From Candidatus Krumholzibacteriia bacterium (lineage in GTDB: Bacteria > Krumholzibacteriota > Krumholzibacteriia > JAJRXK01), in contig JBGPIA010000001.1 of NCBI GenBank assembly GCA_041484665.1, forward strand, positions 995,582 through 1,059,581: a DNA stretch of 64,000 nt, read 5' to 3'. Both the position numbers and the translations under genes were made by a program. The notes under the pieces were generated by a model that searched no databases, was not told the origin of the DNA, and was given only the letters and a program-made list of their open reading frames with translations. How positions within the stretch are numbered: position 1 is the stretch's first letter; every line of letters starts with the position of its first letter. Positions 55,353-64,000 of this stretch are shown one piece after another.

Positions 55353-56393
55353 TCAAGGCGCGCGGCGCACGCGATACGAGTGCAGCTGCCCATCCATGGT
55401 CCCGGTGAAGTACATCCACCCGCTAGCGCTCAGCCGCCGCGACTCCCCGTAGAACTCCTGCCCGTACGCATCCAGCGACGCAGGCGTCCTCAGCAGTACT
55501 TGCCAGGTCTCTCCTTGGTCCGGCGAAGCCAGCAGCACCGCCTGCTGCGCGGGCTGGGCCGTGACCGTTCCGATGTAGACCTGCTGATCGTCCGACGTAG
55601 CGAACCACATGAACTGCGAGGTCTCCATCAATGTCTCGACCTCGCCGCTGTGGCGAGAGACGCGGTACACCCGCCCGGACTTGTCATCGGAGCACCAGAT
55701 CAGGTAGTCCGCGGTGCACGTCACATCCGTATGCCCATGATGAGGACCGCGCGCCGTGATGCGGAACGTCGCGCCACGATCGTCCGAGTACCCCTCGCCG
55801 CGCGTTGGACCGTCGCCGTAGGCGATGTACAGACGCTTCGCTGCATCGTCCCAGCGCACGGTGTGGATGTGGTGATTGGACGGCTCGCGGAAGACCGTGC
55901 TCCACGTGCGCCCGGCATCCGTGCTCTTGTAGAGCGTCGCGACGTGCTGATCGTCCTTGATGTAGTTTCCCGCATAGAGATTTCCCAGATCGTCCTCCTC
56001 CATGCGCCAGACCGGCGAATCCAGACAGACCACCCACGCCGACCCGGCAGTGTCCGCTCGATAGAGCGGGTGATGATCTGCGGAGGTGAAGAGCACTCCA
56101 CCAGCGGTGATGAAGACGAGCCGCGGCGCACCGCCGAACGGATTGCCCAGCTCTTGCAGGGACTTCGAGATGTCCCGGTCGTCGCTCTTCGCGATCCGGC
56201 CGTCCTCCAGGCCAAGATAGACGTCGTCTCCGCGAGCGTACGAGGCCGTGATGCGGACCGGAAGCTCCTCGATCTCGTATCCCCTGGTATCGGTCGCCCA
56301 TTGCGCGAGATCGGGCGCAGTGACCGGCTCGCACGCTGAGAGCGAGAACAAGAGGAAGGTCAGCGCCAGGCAGCTGGTCGAGGGTCGAATCAC
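55353..56393 (-). CDS. BNR/Asp-box repeat (sialidase-like beta-propeller) lipoprotein
   Basis: LSAC lipobox; Asp-boxes KSTDAGRTW, YSDDRGATF and ASPDQGETW; HHIH motif. Confidence 0.75.
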   Translation of the reverse strand: MIRPSTSCLALTFLLFSLSACEPVTAPDLAQWATDTRGYEIEELPVRITASYARGDDVYLGLEDGRIAKSDDRDISKSLQELGNPFGGAPRLVFITAGGVLFTSADHHPLYRADTAGSAWVVCLDSPVWRMEEDDLGNLYAGNYIKDDQHVATLYKSTDAGRTWSTVFREPSNHHIHTVRWDDAAKRLYIAYGDGPTRGEGYSDDRGATFRITARGPHHGHTDVTCTADYLIWCSDDKSGRVYRVSRHSGEVETLMETSQFMWFATSDDQQVYIGTVTAQPAQQAVLLASPDQGETWQVLLRTPASLDAYGQEFYGESRRLSASGWMYFTGTMDGQLHSYRVRRAP

Positions 56394-56611
56394 GGGGTCC
56401 AGGCACCTCTGGGTCCGCAGGGCTGAGCGTCGCCGTGGATTGCGGCCTGCGCCGCCAGGGCGGGCACGGCCGGCACGGCCGCGGCACTCGGCCGGGGTCC
56501 CGGGATGGGGCGTCATGGGCGGCTTTCCGTCGGCCACGCCAGGGGGTCGGCGTTCAGCGTGGCAGGACTGCGATTGTACCGCCGGCTTGATCGCTCTGCC
56601 AGCGCCCGGGG

Positions 56612-56720
56612 CGGTCGCGCGTCGGGGTCGCGCGCAGGGGTCGCGCGCAGGGGTCGTGCGCGGGAGTCGCGCGGGGGGGTGTGCGCGAGGGTCGCGCGCG
56701 AGGATCGTGCGCGGTGGTCG
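56612..56720. repeat. Degenerate ~13-14 bp tandem repeat (GGGGTCGCGCGCA-like), about 7-8 copies
   Basis: Read directly in the intergenic region downstream of arsC. Confidence 0.75.
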
Positions 56721-56745
56721 CTCGCCCCGGCGATGCCACCTTCCA

Positions 56746-57171
56746 TCAGGCCTCGCGCGCAAGGAGCTGGATCCTGCGCAGGAGCTCATCGCGCACCGCG
56801 CGGAAGCTCGCGAGCCGCGCCGCCTCGCTGCCGGTCACGCGCGCCGGGTCCGGCAGCGGCCAGTGCAGCCGGGACGCCTTGCCCAGGAAGACTGGGCACA
56901 CCTCCTCGGCGCACAGCGTCACAACGGTGTCGACGTCCTCTGCACGGATGCTCGCCACTGCTTTCGAGCGTTGTTGCGATATGTCGATCCCGATCTCGGC
57001 CATCACCCGCACGGCCATCCGATTGACGCTTGAGGGCAAGGAGCCGGCGCTCTGGATGAGCGCGTCCGGTCCGAGGATCCGCCGGGCGATCCCTTCGGCA
57101 ATCTGGCTGCGCGCCGAGTTGGCGACGCACAGGAACAGGAGCCGCGGTGGTTTGGGCGCGTCCGCAGCCAC
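56746..57171 (-). CDS. arsC: Arsenate reductase (thioredoxin-type, LMW-PTP fold)
   Basis: LFLCVANSARSQIAEG, VTLCAEEVCP and HWPLPDP. Confidence 0.93.
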   Translation of the reverse strand: MAADAPKPPRLLFLCVANSARSQIAEGIARRILGPDALIQSAGSLPSSVNRMAVRVMAEIGIDISQQRSKAVASIRAEDVDTVVTLCAEEVCPVFLGKASRLHWPLPDPARVTGSEAARLASFRAVRDELLRRIQLLAREA

Positions 57172-57174
57172 CGC

Positions 57175-58272
57175 TCAACTCTTCGTGCCGGCCAACCCGG
57201 CTGCAGGCGCTACGATTTGCGCACCGAAGTAGCGCCGTCGCAGCCACAGGGCGACGTTGACCAGTCCGATCAGCGCGGGAACCTCCACCAGGGGACCAAT
57301 GACCGCCGCAAAGGCGGCGCCGTGGTTGATCCCAAACGTCGCTACGGCAACGGCGATCGCGAGCTCGAAATTGTTCGACGCAGCGGTGAAGGAGAGCGTT
57401 GCCGACTGGGCGTAATTCGCGCCGGCCGCCTTGCTCATGAAGAACGAAGCCAGGAACATCACCACGAAGTAGATGACCAGGGGGATGGCAACCCGCACCA
57501 CGTCGAGGGGCAGCTGCACGATCGACTCGCCCTTCAGCGAAAACATCACCACGATGGTGAACAACAGCGCAACGAGCGTGACCGGACTGATCCTCGCGAT
57601 GAACTTCCTCTGGTACCAGTCGCGACCATGGAGCTTGATCAGCGAGAACCGCGACAGGATGCCGGCGATGAAGGGGATTCCCAGGTAGATGAAGACGCTC
57701 TTGGCGATCCCCGAGATCGTCACGTGCACGGCCACGCCCTTGAGGCCGAACCAGCCTGGTGCCACCGTCACGAAGATGTAGGCATAGACCGAGTAGAAGA
57801 GGACCTGGAAGACCGAATTGAGCGCGACCAGCCCCGCGCAGTACTCGGTGTCGCCCTTGGCGAGATCGTTCCACACGATGACCATGGCGATGCAACGCGC
57901 CAGGCCGATCATGATGAGCCCGACCATGTACTCGGGCTTGTCGCGCAGGAAGATCACTGCCAGCGCGAACATCAGGATCGGTCCGATCACCCAGTTCTGG
58001 AAGAGCGACAGGGCGAGCACGCGCCCGTTGCGGAATACCTGGCCCATCGCCTCATAGCGCACCTTCGCGAGTGGCGGGTACATCATCAGGATGAGACCGA
58101 TGGCGATGGGGATGGAGGTCGTGCCGACGCTCAGTCCATTCAGAAACGGCACGACGCCGGGAAACACGTAGCCGACCCCCACTCCGACGCCCATGGCGAG
58201 GAAGATCCACAGCGTCAGGAAGCGGTCGAGAAACGACAGCCTGCCCGCCACCCCGGCACGCGCGTCGGCCAC
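57175..58272 (-). CDS. acr3: ACR3-family arsenite efflux permease
   Basis: [42 protein letters not shown] and GPLVEVP. Confidence 0.96.
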   Translation of the reverse strand: MADARAGVAGRLSFLDRFLTLWIFLAMGVGVGVGYVFPGVVPFLNGLSVGTTSIPIAIGLILMMYPPLAKVRYEAMGQVFRNGRVLALSLFQNWVIGPILMFALAVIFLRDKPEYMVGLIMIGLARCIAMVIVWNDLAKGDTEYCAGLVALNSVFQVLFYSVYAYIFVTVAPGWFGLKGVAVHVTISGIAKSVFIYLGIPFIAGILSRFSLIKLHGRDWYQRKFIARISPVTLVALLFTIVVMFSLKGESIVQLPLDVVRVAIPLVIYFVVMFLASFFMSKAAGANYAQSATLSFTAASNNFELAIAVAVATFGINHGAAFAAVIGPLVEVPALIGLVNVALWLRRRYFGAQIVAPAAGLAGTKS

Positions 58273-58275
58273 GCC

Positions 58276-58668
58276 CTACTCCTTTGTGGTGTTGCGTTTG
58301 GTCCCGCCCGCAACGACCTTGCAGTCCCCACCACTACGTCCCTTGCGCTGCAGCCACCGCTGCAGGCGCAAGTCGAGGGCGGCGCGGTCGTCGGCAGCGA
58401 GGATACGGCGCAGGACAGCCACGATGGCCTTGGGCTGCGCTTCGAGCGCAGGCGATAGACGATAGTAGACCCAGAGGCCCGCCCGCCGGTCTTCGAGCAG
58501 CCCGGCGTTGCTCAGATAGCGCAGGTGGCGGGAGGCTTTCGATTGGGTGATGCCGAGTGCCCCGACGAAGTCGCACACGCACAGCTCGCCGTGCCGCAGC
58601 AACAGCGCGAGCATCTCCAGCCGCGTCGGGTCGGCCAGGGCGCCGAAGGTGTCGGCCAGGGCACGCAT
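58276..58668 (-). CDS. arsR: ArsR/SmtB arsenic-responsive repressor
   Basis: ALADPTRL, ELCVCDF, QSKASRHL and GLWVYY. Confidence 0.93.
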   Translation of the reverse strand: MRALADTFGALADPTRLEMLALLLRHGELCVCDFVGALGITQSKASRHLRYLSNAGLLEDRRAGLWVYYRLSPALEAQPKAIVAVLRRILAADDRAALDLRLQRWLQRKGRSGGDCKVVAGGTKRNTTKE

Positions 58669-58704
58669 ATACTTGCATATAACCGGATAAACAGTTATTG
58701 TCAA
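58669..58704. promoter_or_regulatory. Overlapping divergent promoters / probable ArsR operator
   Basis: Minus strand TTGACA(58704-58699)-N17-TATATG; plus strand TTGCAT(58673)-N17-TATTGT(58696-58701); AT-rich island. Confidence 0.65.
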
Positions 58705-58768
58705 GTCCGAGAGCCGTCCAGCCTCCCTGGGCGGCGACCGGCGGGAAGCCCCTCCAAGGAGCGCGACG

Positions 58769-59602
58769 ATGAAGGAAGCAGACCAGGTGCGCCGCGAGGT
58801 CGCGAACGCGTACACGAATGCGGTGACCAAGCCCTCGGACAGCTCCGGCTGCTGCGACGCCCCGGCCCAGAAGGGAGTGGTTGCCAAGCTGGGCGGCTAC
58901 TCCGCCGCTGAGCTGGCCGCCCTGCCCAGCGAGGCCGTGGTCAACTCCTTCGGGTGCGGCAACCCGGTCGCCACGGCCGGCTTGCGGCCCGGAGACGTGG
59001 TGCTCGACCTCGGCTCCGGCGCAGGCATCGACCTGTTCCTGGCGGCGAAGAAGGTCGGCACCAAAGGCCGGGCCATCGGCATCGACATGACCGACGAGAT
59101 GCTCGCGAAGGCGCAGGAGAACATCCGCGCCGGCGGGTTCACCAACGTCGAGGTCCGCAAGGGGTTCATCGAGTCGCTGCCGGTCGAGAGCGGATCGGTC
59201 GATTGGGTGATCTCCAACTGCGTGATCAACCTCTCGCCCGAGAAGCCCAAGGTGTTCGCCGAGATCGCCCGCGTGCTGCGGCCCGGCGGCCAGATGCTCG
59301 TCTCGGACATCGTCGCCGAGCGCCTTCCCGATGCGGTCCGATCGGATCCTGCGCTCTACTCGTCGTGCATCGCCGGGGCCATCAGCGAGGAGGACTACGT
59401 CGCGGGCCTGCGCGCGGTGGGGCTGGTCGATGTGGAGGTGCGCGAGCGCCTGGTCTATGACGCCAGCCAGCTGAAGGCGTTCGTATCCTCCGAGCTCGAC
59501 GGATGCTGTGGCACGCCGGCCAGCCCGGATCTGCTCCAGAGCGCCGCCCGGGACATGCTCGGCAAGGTGTGGAGCGCCCGCATCTACGCCCGCCGGCCGT
59601 AG
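58769..59602 (+). CDS. arsM: Arsenite S-adenosylmethionine methyltransferase
   Basis: SGCC, SFGCGNP, VLDLGSGAGID, VISNCVINLSP, SCIAGA and GCCG; AAGGAG RBS. Confidence 0.93.
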   Translation: MKEADQVRREVANAYTNAVTKPSDSSGCCDAPAQKGVVAKLGGYSAAELAALPSEAVVNSFGCGNPVATAGLRPGDVVLDLGSGAGIDLFLAAKKVGTKGRAIGIDMTDEMLAKAQENIRAGGFTNVEVRKGFIESLPVESGSVDWVISNCVINLSPEKPKVFAEIARVLRPGGQMLVSDIVAERLPDAVRSDPALYSSCIAGAISEEDYVAGLRAVGLVDVEVRERLVYDASQLKAFVSSELDGCCGTPASPDLLQSAARDMLGKVWSARIYARRP

Positions 59603-59683
59603 CCGCCGTCGGCCTGGTGCGCTCGCGCCTGCCGGCCTGACCGGATGGGGCGAGCGGCTCGCGGCCGCTCCCCCTACCCGGTT

Positions 59684-61515
59684 TCATCGCACCAACGCCA
59701 TCCGCTTGGTCTGCACGAGCCCGCCGCTTTGGATGCGGTACAGATCGACGCCCGAGGCGACGGGACGACCGGCGTCGTCGCTGCCGGTCCAGTTCACCTC
59801 GTGCTGGCCGGCCGCCAGATCGGCGTCGACCAGCGCGGTCACCAACCGTCCGGCCACGTCGTAGACCCGCACCGTGGCGCGCCCCGCGTGCGCGAGCGCA
59901 AACGAGATCGTCGTGCGTGGGTTGAACGGGTTGGGCACGTTCTGGCCCAGTACGCCCACCGTCGATGGCGCGCGCAAAGCCGTCACGTCAGTCGCGGTGC
60001 TGGCCGACACCTCGATCGCCTTGATCGCCGGATTCTGCACGCCGTGCAGGAAGGTGATGTCCAACTGACCGTCGCCGACAGGCAGATTGAACGTCTGGAC
60101 GATCGCCTTGTTGCTGCCCACGCGGGCGTACACGTCGAAGGCGTGCAAGACCACGCGCCCCTCGATGCTGACGTCGAATACGCGCTGCCCCGGCCCGGTG
60201 ATCCTTCCGAAAGTCTCCGCGAAGTAGAGTCGCACCTGGAACATCCCAGGGCCGGCGGGGAGGCTCCAGGTCATCTCCGGCGCAGCCGCATCGTCCCACC
60301 GTTCGGTCTGGAACAAACTCATCGGCGTGCCCGCGGGGACGGACGGGTCGCTCAGGTCGATCGTCGCGCCGGTGCTCGAAAGGAAGTTCCCAATGGCCGT
60401 TGCATTGACGTAGGGCGACGGAGTGAACTGTGAGTCTGGACTCCAGTTCGGTCCGCCATCGGTCGCGGTGATCAGAGGTCCGCCGGCGTTCACGCGGAAG
60501 CTTCGCTGCCGCACGATCTCGATCCCCTTCACCTCGGGGTTGTCGACACCGTGCGTGAACGTCAGCGTCAGGAAGCTGTCCGCCACCGCCACGCCGAAGC
60601 TCCTCACGATCGCTTTGTTCCGGCCGACAGCGCGTACACGTCGAAGTTGGTGAGCAGACTGCGGCCCTCGGCGTTGACGTTGAAGACACGCCCCCCCGTC
60701 CCGGGAATTCCCGGCGAGATTTCCGCGAAGTAGAGCCGTACCAGGAAAATCCCGGCGCCCGTGGGGAAGTTCCAGGTCAGCTCCGACCCCCCGGGGACGT
60801 CCCAGCGCTCGGTCTGGAACAGGCTCATGGGCGTGCCCGCGGGAACGGAGGGGTCCGTCAAGTCGATGGTCGCCCCCGTGCTGTAGAGGGCGTTACCAGT
60901 GGCCGCAGCGTTCACGTACGGAGATGGGTTGTCGTACGTGTCGAGGCTCCAGTCCGGCCCGGAATCGCTCGCGGGCAGGATGGGGCCGCCCGCATCGACC
61001 CGGAGGTGGTCGCGGCGCACGATCTCGATGGCCTTGCTGGCGGGGTTCTGGACGCCGTGCACGAACGTGACGTCGAGCTTCCCGTCGGTCACGGTCACAT
61101 CGAACTTCTTCACGAGCGCTTTGTTCAGACCGACCTGCGCGTAGACATCGAAGTTGTGCAGTACCACCTGCCCTTCGACGCTCACGTCGAACACGCGCTG
61201 CCCCGGTCCGGTGATCCCCCCGTAGATCTCCGCGAAGTACAGCCGCACCTGAAAATCCCCGGATCCGGTTGGGAACGTCCACGACATCTCCGGCGCGCTC
61301 GTTTCATCATAACGCTCGGTCTGAAACAGGCTCATGGGCGTCCCCGCCGGAACCGAAGGATCGGTCATGTTGATGGCCGCTGCGGTGCTCGAGACGAAGT
61401 TTCCCGCGATCCCGACGTTCACGTACGGCGAAGGACTGGGATTCGTGTCGCCGCTCCAGGCCGGCCCCGGATCGCCCGAGGCCACGCTGGGACCGCCGGC
61501 GTTGACGCGGAACAT
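59684..61515 (-). pseudogene. Three tandem malectin-like domains plus FlgD-Ig C-terminal domain; frameshifted and 5'-truncated
   Basis: Three copies of RVNAGG...LFQTER...VRLYFAE...GQRVFDV...FDVYA...NP. One base is missing near 60629 between ORFs 60604-61827 and 59684-60607. Ends QNVPNPFNPRTTI...TKRMALVR. Confidence 0.8.
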
Positions 61516-61877
61516 GTCGGTGGTGCAGCCGACGGCGAAGAACGCGCTGTTGCTCGAGACGAAGCTGGGGAAGCGTCTTGGCCGGGCGAGCGTGGCCGCA
61601 GCGAAAGGACTGGTTTTGTGACCTCGGACACCGAACATCGACGACCTGCGGGTCGAGCGATGAGGCGTGTCTTTCGACCTACCATCCGCATTCTGGAAAG
61701 ATCTCAACTCCTCTTGGAACCGAACGGGGAACGCGAGCGAGGGGATAAAGGGTGTGTCTGGACTTGTTATGGGCGCGTGATCCGCAGTGGGGCCGCAGAG
61801 CGCTCGGAACGCGGAGCGCTCCCGCACGGAGAATTCTCTTCCGCTGCGAAACCGCGTCGCAATTCTGATTATGTGAT

Positions 61878-62400
61878 GTGATGATCGGCAAAGCCGCGGC
61901 GCGGTGGAGCCGCCCGATCCTGCATTGGAAGGACGCGATGAACCACTTTACGGTGGCCTCCCAGGGCCACGCCGCGGAAGATCTGTGCCAGGAAGCGCTT
62001 CTGATTCTTGTACAGTCGCTTCGGCGCAAGGCGCTGCGCGATCACGGCGCACTTTCGAGCTACGTTTACGGAGTCTGTGTGATTCTCGCAGCCAAGTCGG
62101 TCAAACTGCGGCAGCGCGAACGAGCCACCGAAGCGGAAGTTCTCGACCGACCTCCTGCTCCCGGTACCGAAGGAGAGGACGGCGAGGCGGCAGCTCGTGA
62201 AATCCTCATCCGCACCGCCCTTCGACGTTCTTTCGCTCGATTGGGTGAACGCGATCGCCGTGCGCTCTTGTTGCGCTATCGCCATGGGCTCCCGTTCGCA
62301 AAGGTAGCTCTCCATCTGGACGTCTCCTACACCGCGGCACGGCAGATGGTGGGCCGGGCGCGCGACCGCCTGAAGGACGTCCTGCTGGCCAGTTCCGGGC
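61878..62400 (+). pseudogene. Degenerate ECF sigma factor
   Basis: AAEDLCQEALL (region 2) and LGERDRRALLLRYRHGL...VA...ARQMVGRARDRLK (region 4). The native stop appears lost (frame open to 62576); GC3 is eroded. Confidence 0.7.
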
Positions 62401-62455
62401 TGTGTCACATTTTCCAGCCTTGGAGAACAAATAGGCGATTGGGGCACTCCGGAGG

Positions 62456-63157
62456 CGTTTCGTGCAACGCGGCCAAGTCGAAAGCTGGGAATCGAGGGAC
62501 GCCTGTTGGGCGAGCTCGACTCCCGCTGAGCGTCCTCCTTCGAAGAGCACAGTTTCGCGTGCGATGGGTGCTTTGAGCGGTTGACCCGGCTCTCACAAGA
62601 GGTGCAGTGTCTCAAGGGCAACCTGGTCCCGCTCCTGACGGACCGACGACAAGAGGAGGCTAGTCGGTGGCATCGCGCAGCCGCCTGGCTCTGGCCGCGC
62701 AGGCCCAGCATGGGACCGCTGGCTATCGCCTGCAGCGTGTTGGTGGTGCTGATTGGTGTCCAGCTTCGCAGCATCGTGCGGTTGCAGTCGGAGTTGCGCG
62801 GGACGGTACAGCCGCGCGGCGTTGACCCGACAATTGTCTTGAGCGAAGGCACTCGCGCTGTGGCACAGCCTGCCGCGCTGTCGCGCGCTGGAGGACCCGT
62901 GCAGTTGGAGTTCCACCTGGTGGCAGCCAGCGCGGGCTCGGAGGGTAAGGTCTTGGCCCAGTTCCTCGACGCGGCAGGCGACGTGTCGGGCGAAGTGCAG
63001 GCCATCGAGCCGATCGATTCGTTCGGCACCTACGCCCTAACGGTGTGGCCCCCGGTTCTTCCCGGTGGGTCCGTACACCCTGCGGGTCACCTGGGTTGCG
63101 AACGGCGAGGCCACATCAGCGTCTGACGCTCGCTTCCATTTCGAAATTGCACAATAG
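62456..63157 (+). pseudogene. Zinc-binding (ZAS) anti-sigma factor pseudogene
   Basis: GRLLGELDSR*ASSFEEHSFACDGCFERL (HxxxCxxC) with in-frame TGA at 62527; one TM helix; frameshift near 63068 into GPYTLRVTW...FHFEIAQ*. Confidence 0.7.
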
Positions 63158-63288
63158 GGCCTGGAATGCCCGAAGCTCATGTCTTCAGTCTGCAGACCCG
63201 GTCACCCCACGCCGGCAGGACGCGCGGAGAACAGGCACCCTTGCACCCTGCGGCGCTGAGAACCCATCCGCAATACGGGAGGATCACG

Positions 63289-64000
63289 ATGGTCGGTTGT
63301 ACTCGTTGGACGGCTCGCAACCTCGTCGCGGCGCTGTGCTTCATCGCATCTCTGTTGCCCCCGCTCACGAGCCGTGGCGCGCTCGGAAGCCAGGACGTGC
63401 GACTTCGACCCGCCGACGAAACGCCCGTCTATGCGGTGGACTGGGAGAGCGGATTCGAAGGCTGGTCCGACAGCACCGGCGTATGGCAAGTCGGCGTGCC
63501 CCTGGTGGGACCTCCGGCAGCGCATGGTGGGACGAATGTGGCTGGGACCGTGCTCGATGGAAACTACCCGTCCGGTGCGAACGCATTCCTCACCAGTCTC
63601 TCGATGACGCTTCCCGCGGCAGCGGGGCCAGGGACGCTGTGGCTGCGGTTCTGGCATTGGTTCTCGCTGTGGACTGGTGACGTGGCAACCGTCGAGGTCT
63701 CCGCCGCTGACGGTCCGTGGCAGGTGGTTGGGGGGCCCTTCGTCCAGGACAGCGCCGTATGGACCCAGCACGAGGTCGATCTGACCGCCTACGCAGGACA
63801 GTCGGTGCGGATCGCCTTCCATCTCCTCGACGATGGGGCCGGCGGCCCCTACGTCAGCGCCGGGTGGTACGTCGATGACGTCTCCATCATCGGGCGCGCT
63901 CTGGCGTCACCGCTGCCGGTGGCCACGGAGACCTTTGAGTCGGGCATCGGGGATTGGTACGCCGATCAGGGACAGTGGGAGGTGGGAGCCCCGACGGCGA
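63289..64000 (+). CDS. Secreted protein with repeated MAM/cleaved-adhesin-like beta-sandwich domains (runs off the window)
   Basis: GGGAGG RBS and ATG 63289; open to the window end. Motifs DWESGFEGW, WQVGVP, LRFWHWF, VDLTAYAGQSVRIAF and GWYVDDVSI; a second repeat starts ETFESGIGDW. Absent from the ORF track because it has no stop. Confidence 0.8.
   Translation, partial: MVGCTRWTARNLVAALCFIASLLPPLTSRGALGSQDVRLRPADETPVYAVDWESGFEGWSDSTGVWQVGVPLVGPPAAHGGTNVAGTVLDGNYPSGANAFLTSLSMTLPAAAGPGTLWLRFWHWFSLWTGDVATVEVSAADGPWQVVGGPFVQDSAVWTQHEVDLTAYAGQSVRIAFHLLDDGAGGPYVSAGWYVDDVSIIGRALASPLPVATETFESGIGDWYADQGQWEVGAPTA

Noticed and set aside
56746..59602. ars cluster as a mobile element
   Set aside because: No transposase, integrase, terminal inverted repeats or target duplications are visible; composition resembles the flanks.
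62402..62432. TGTCACA as an ECF promoter -35 element
   Set aside because: No matching CGTC-type -10 at the expected spacing; the region is degraded.
62527..62529. In-frame TGA as selenocysteine in the anti-sigma factor
   Set aside because: The position is not a Cys site of the HxxxCxxC motif, and other lesions nearby indicate pseudogenisation.

Overview
GC-rich (roughly 70%) bacterial chromosomal segment. It most likely comes from an FCB-group candidate phylum (Eisenbacteria/Krumholzibacteriota/Latescibacterota-like), inferred from a C-terminal SWGxxKxLYR motif and FlgD-Ig C-terminal domains. I found no rRNA, tRNA, CRISPR array or intact mobile element. Left end (1-13.7 kb): a divergent glycosylation locus. 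GDP-manno-heptose pathway genes (hddC-like, hddA) and a GT4 point left. Pointing right are two eukaryote-like GT-C protein O-glycosyltransferase homologues (TMTC-like with TPRs; TMEM260/DUF2723-like with an N-terminal DUF3098-like module), a GT2, a SAM methyltransferase, an LPG-synthase-TM flippase and an MBL-rhodanese gene, with uppP converging. This is the best candidate for an undescribed system. The middle holds a porin with a Pho-box-like array, a PP2C phosphatase, exported peptidases (S46, M20, PepF), a GT39, pntAa-Ab-B, a STAS protein, an RRM protein, a GT4-deacetylase-flippase operon behind DUF47-pit, a nucleotide-sugar dehydrogenase, typA, an ATPase-less MacA/permease/TolC operon, a phosphoesterase and two SGNH proteins. 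An arsR-acr3-arsC / arsM cluster has interleaved divergent promoters. The right end is decaying: a frameshifted triple-malectin/FlgD gene, a degraded ECF sigma/ZAS anti-sigma pair and a secreted protein cut by the window edge. Several small gene relics (Ser/Thr kinase, FlgD-Ig, hydrogenase maturation protease) sit in intergenic spaces. All family calls come from motif recognition; no database searches were run.
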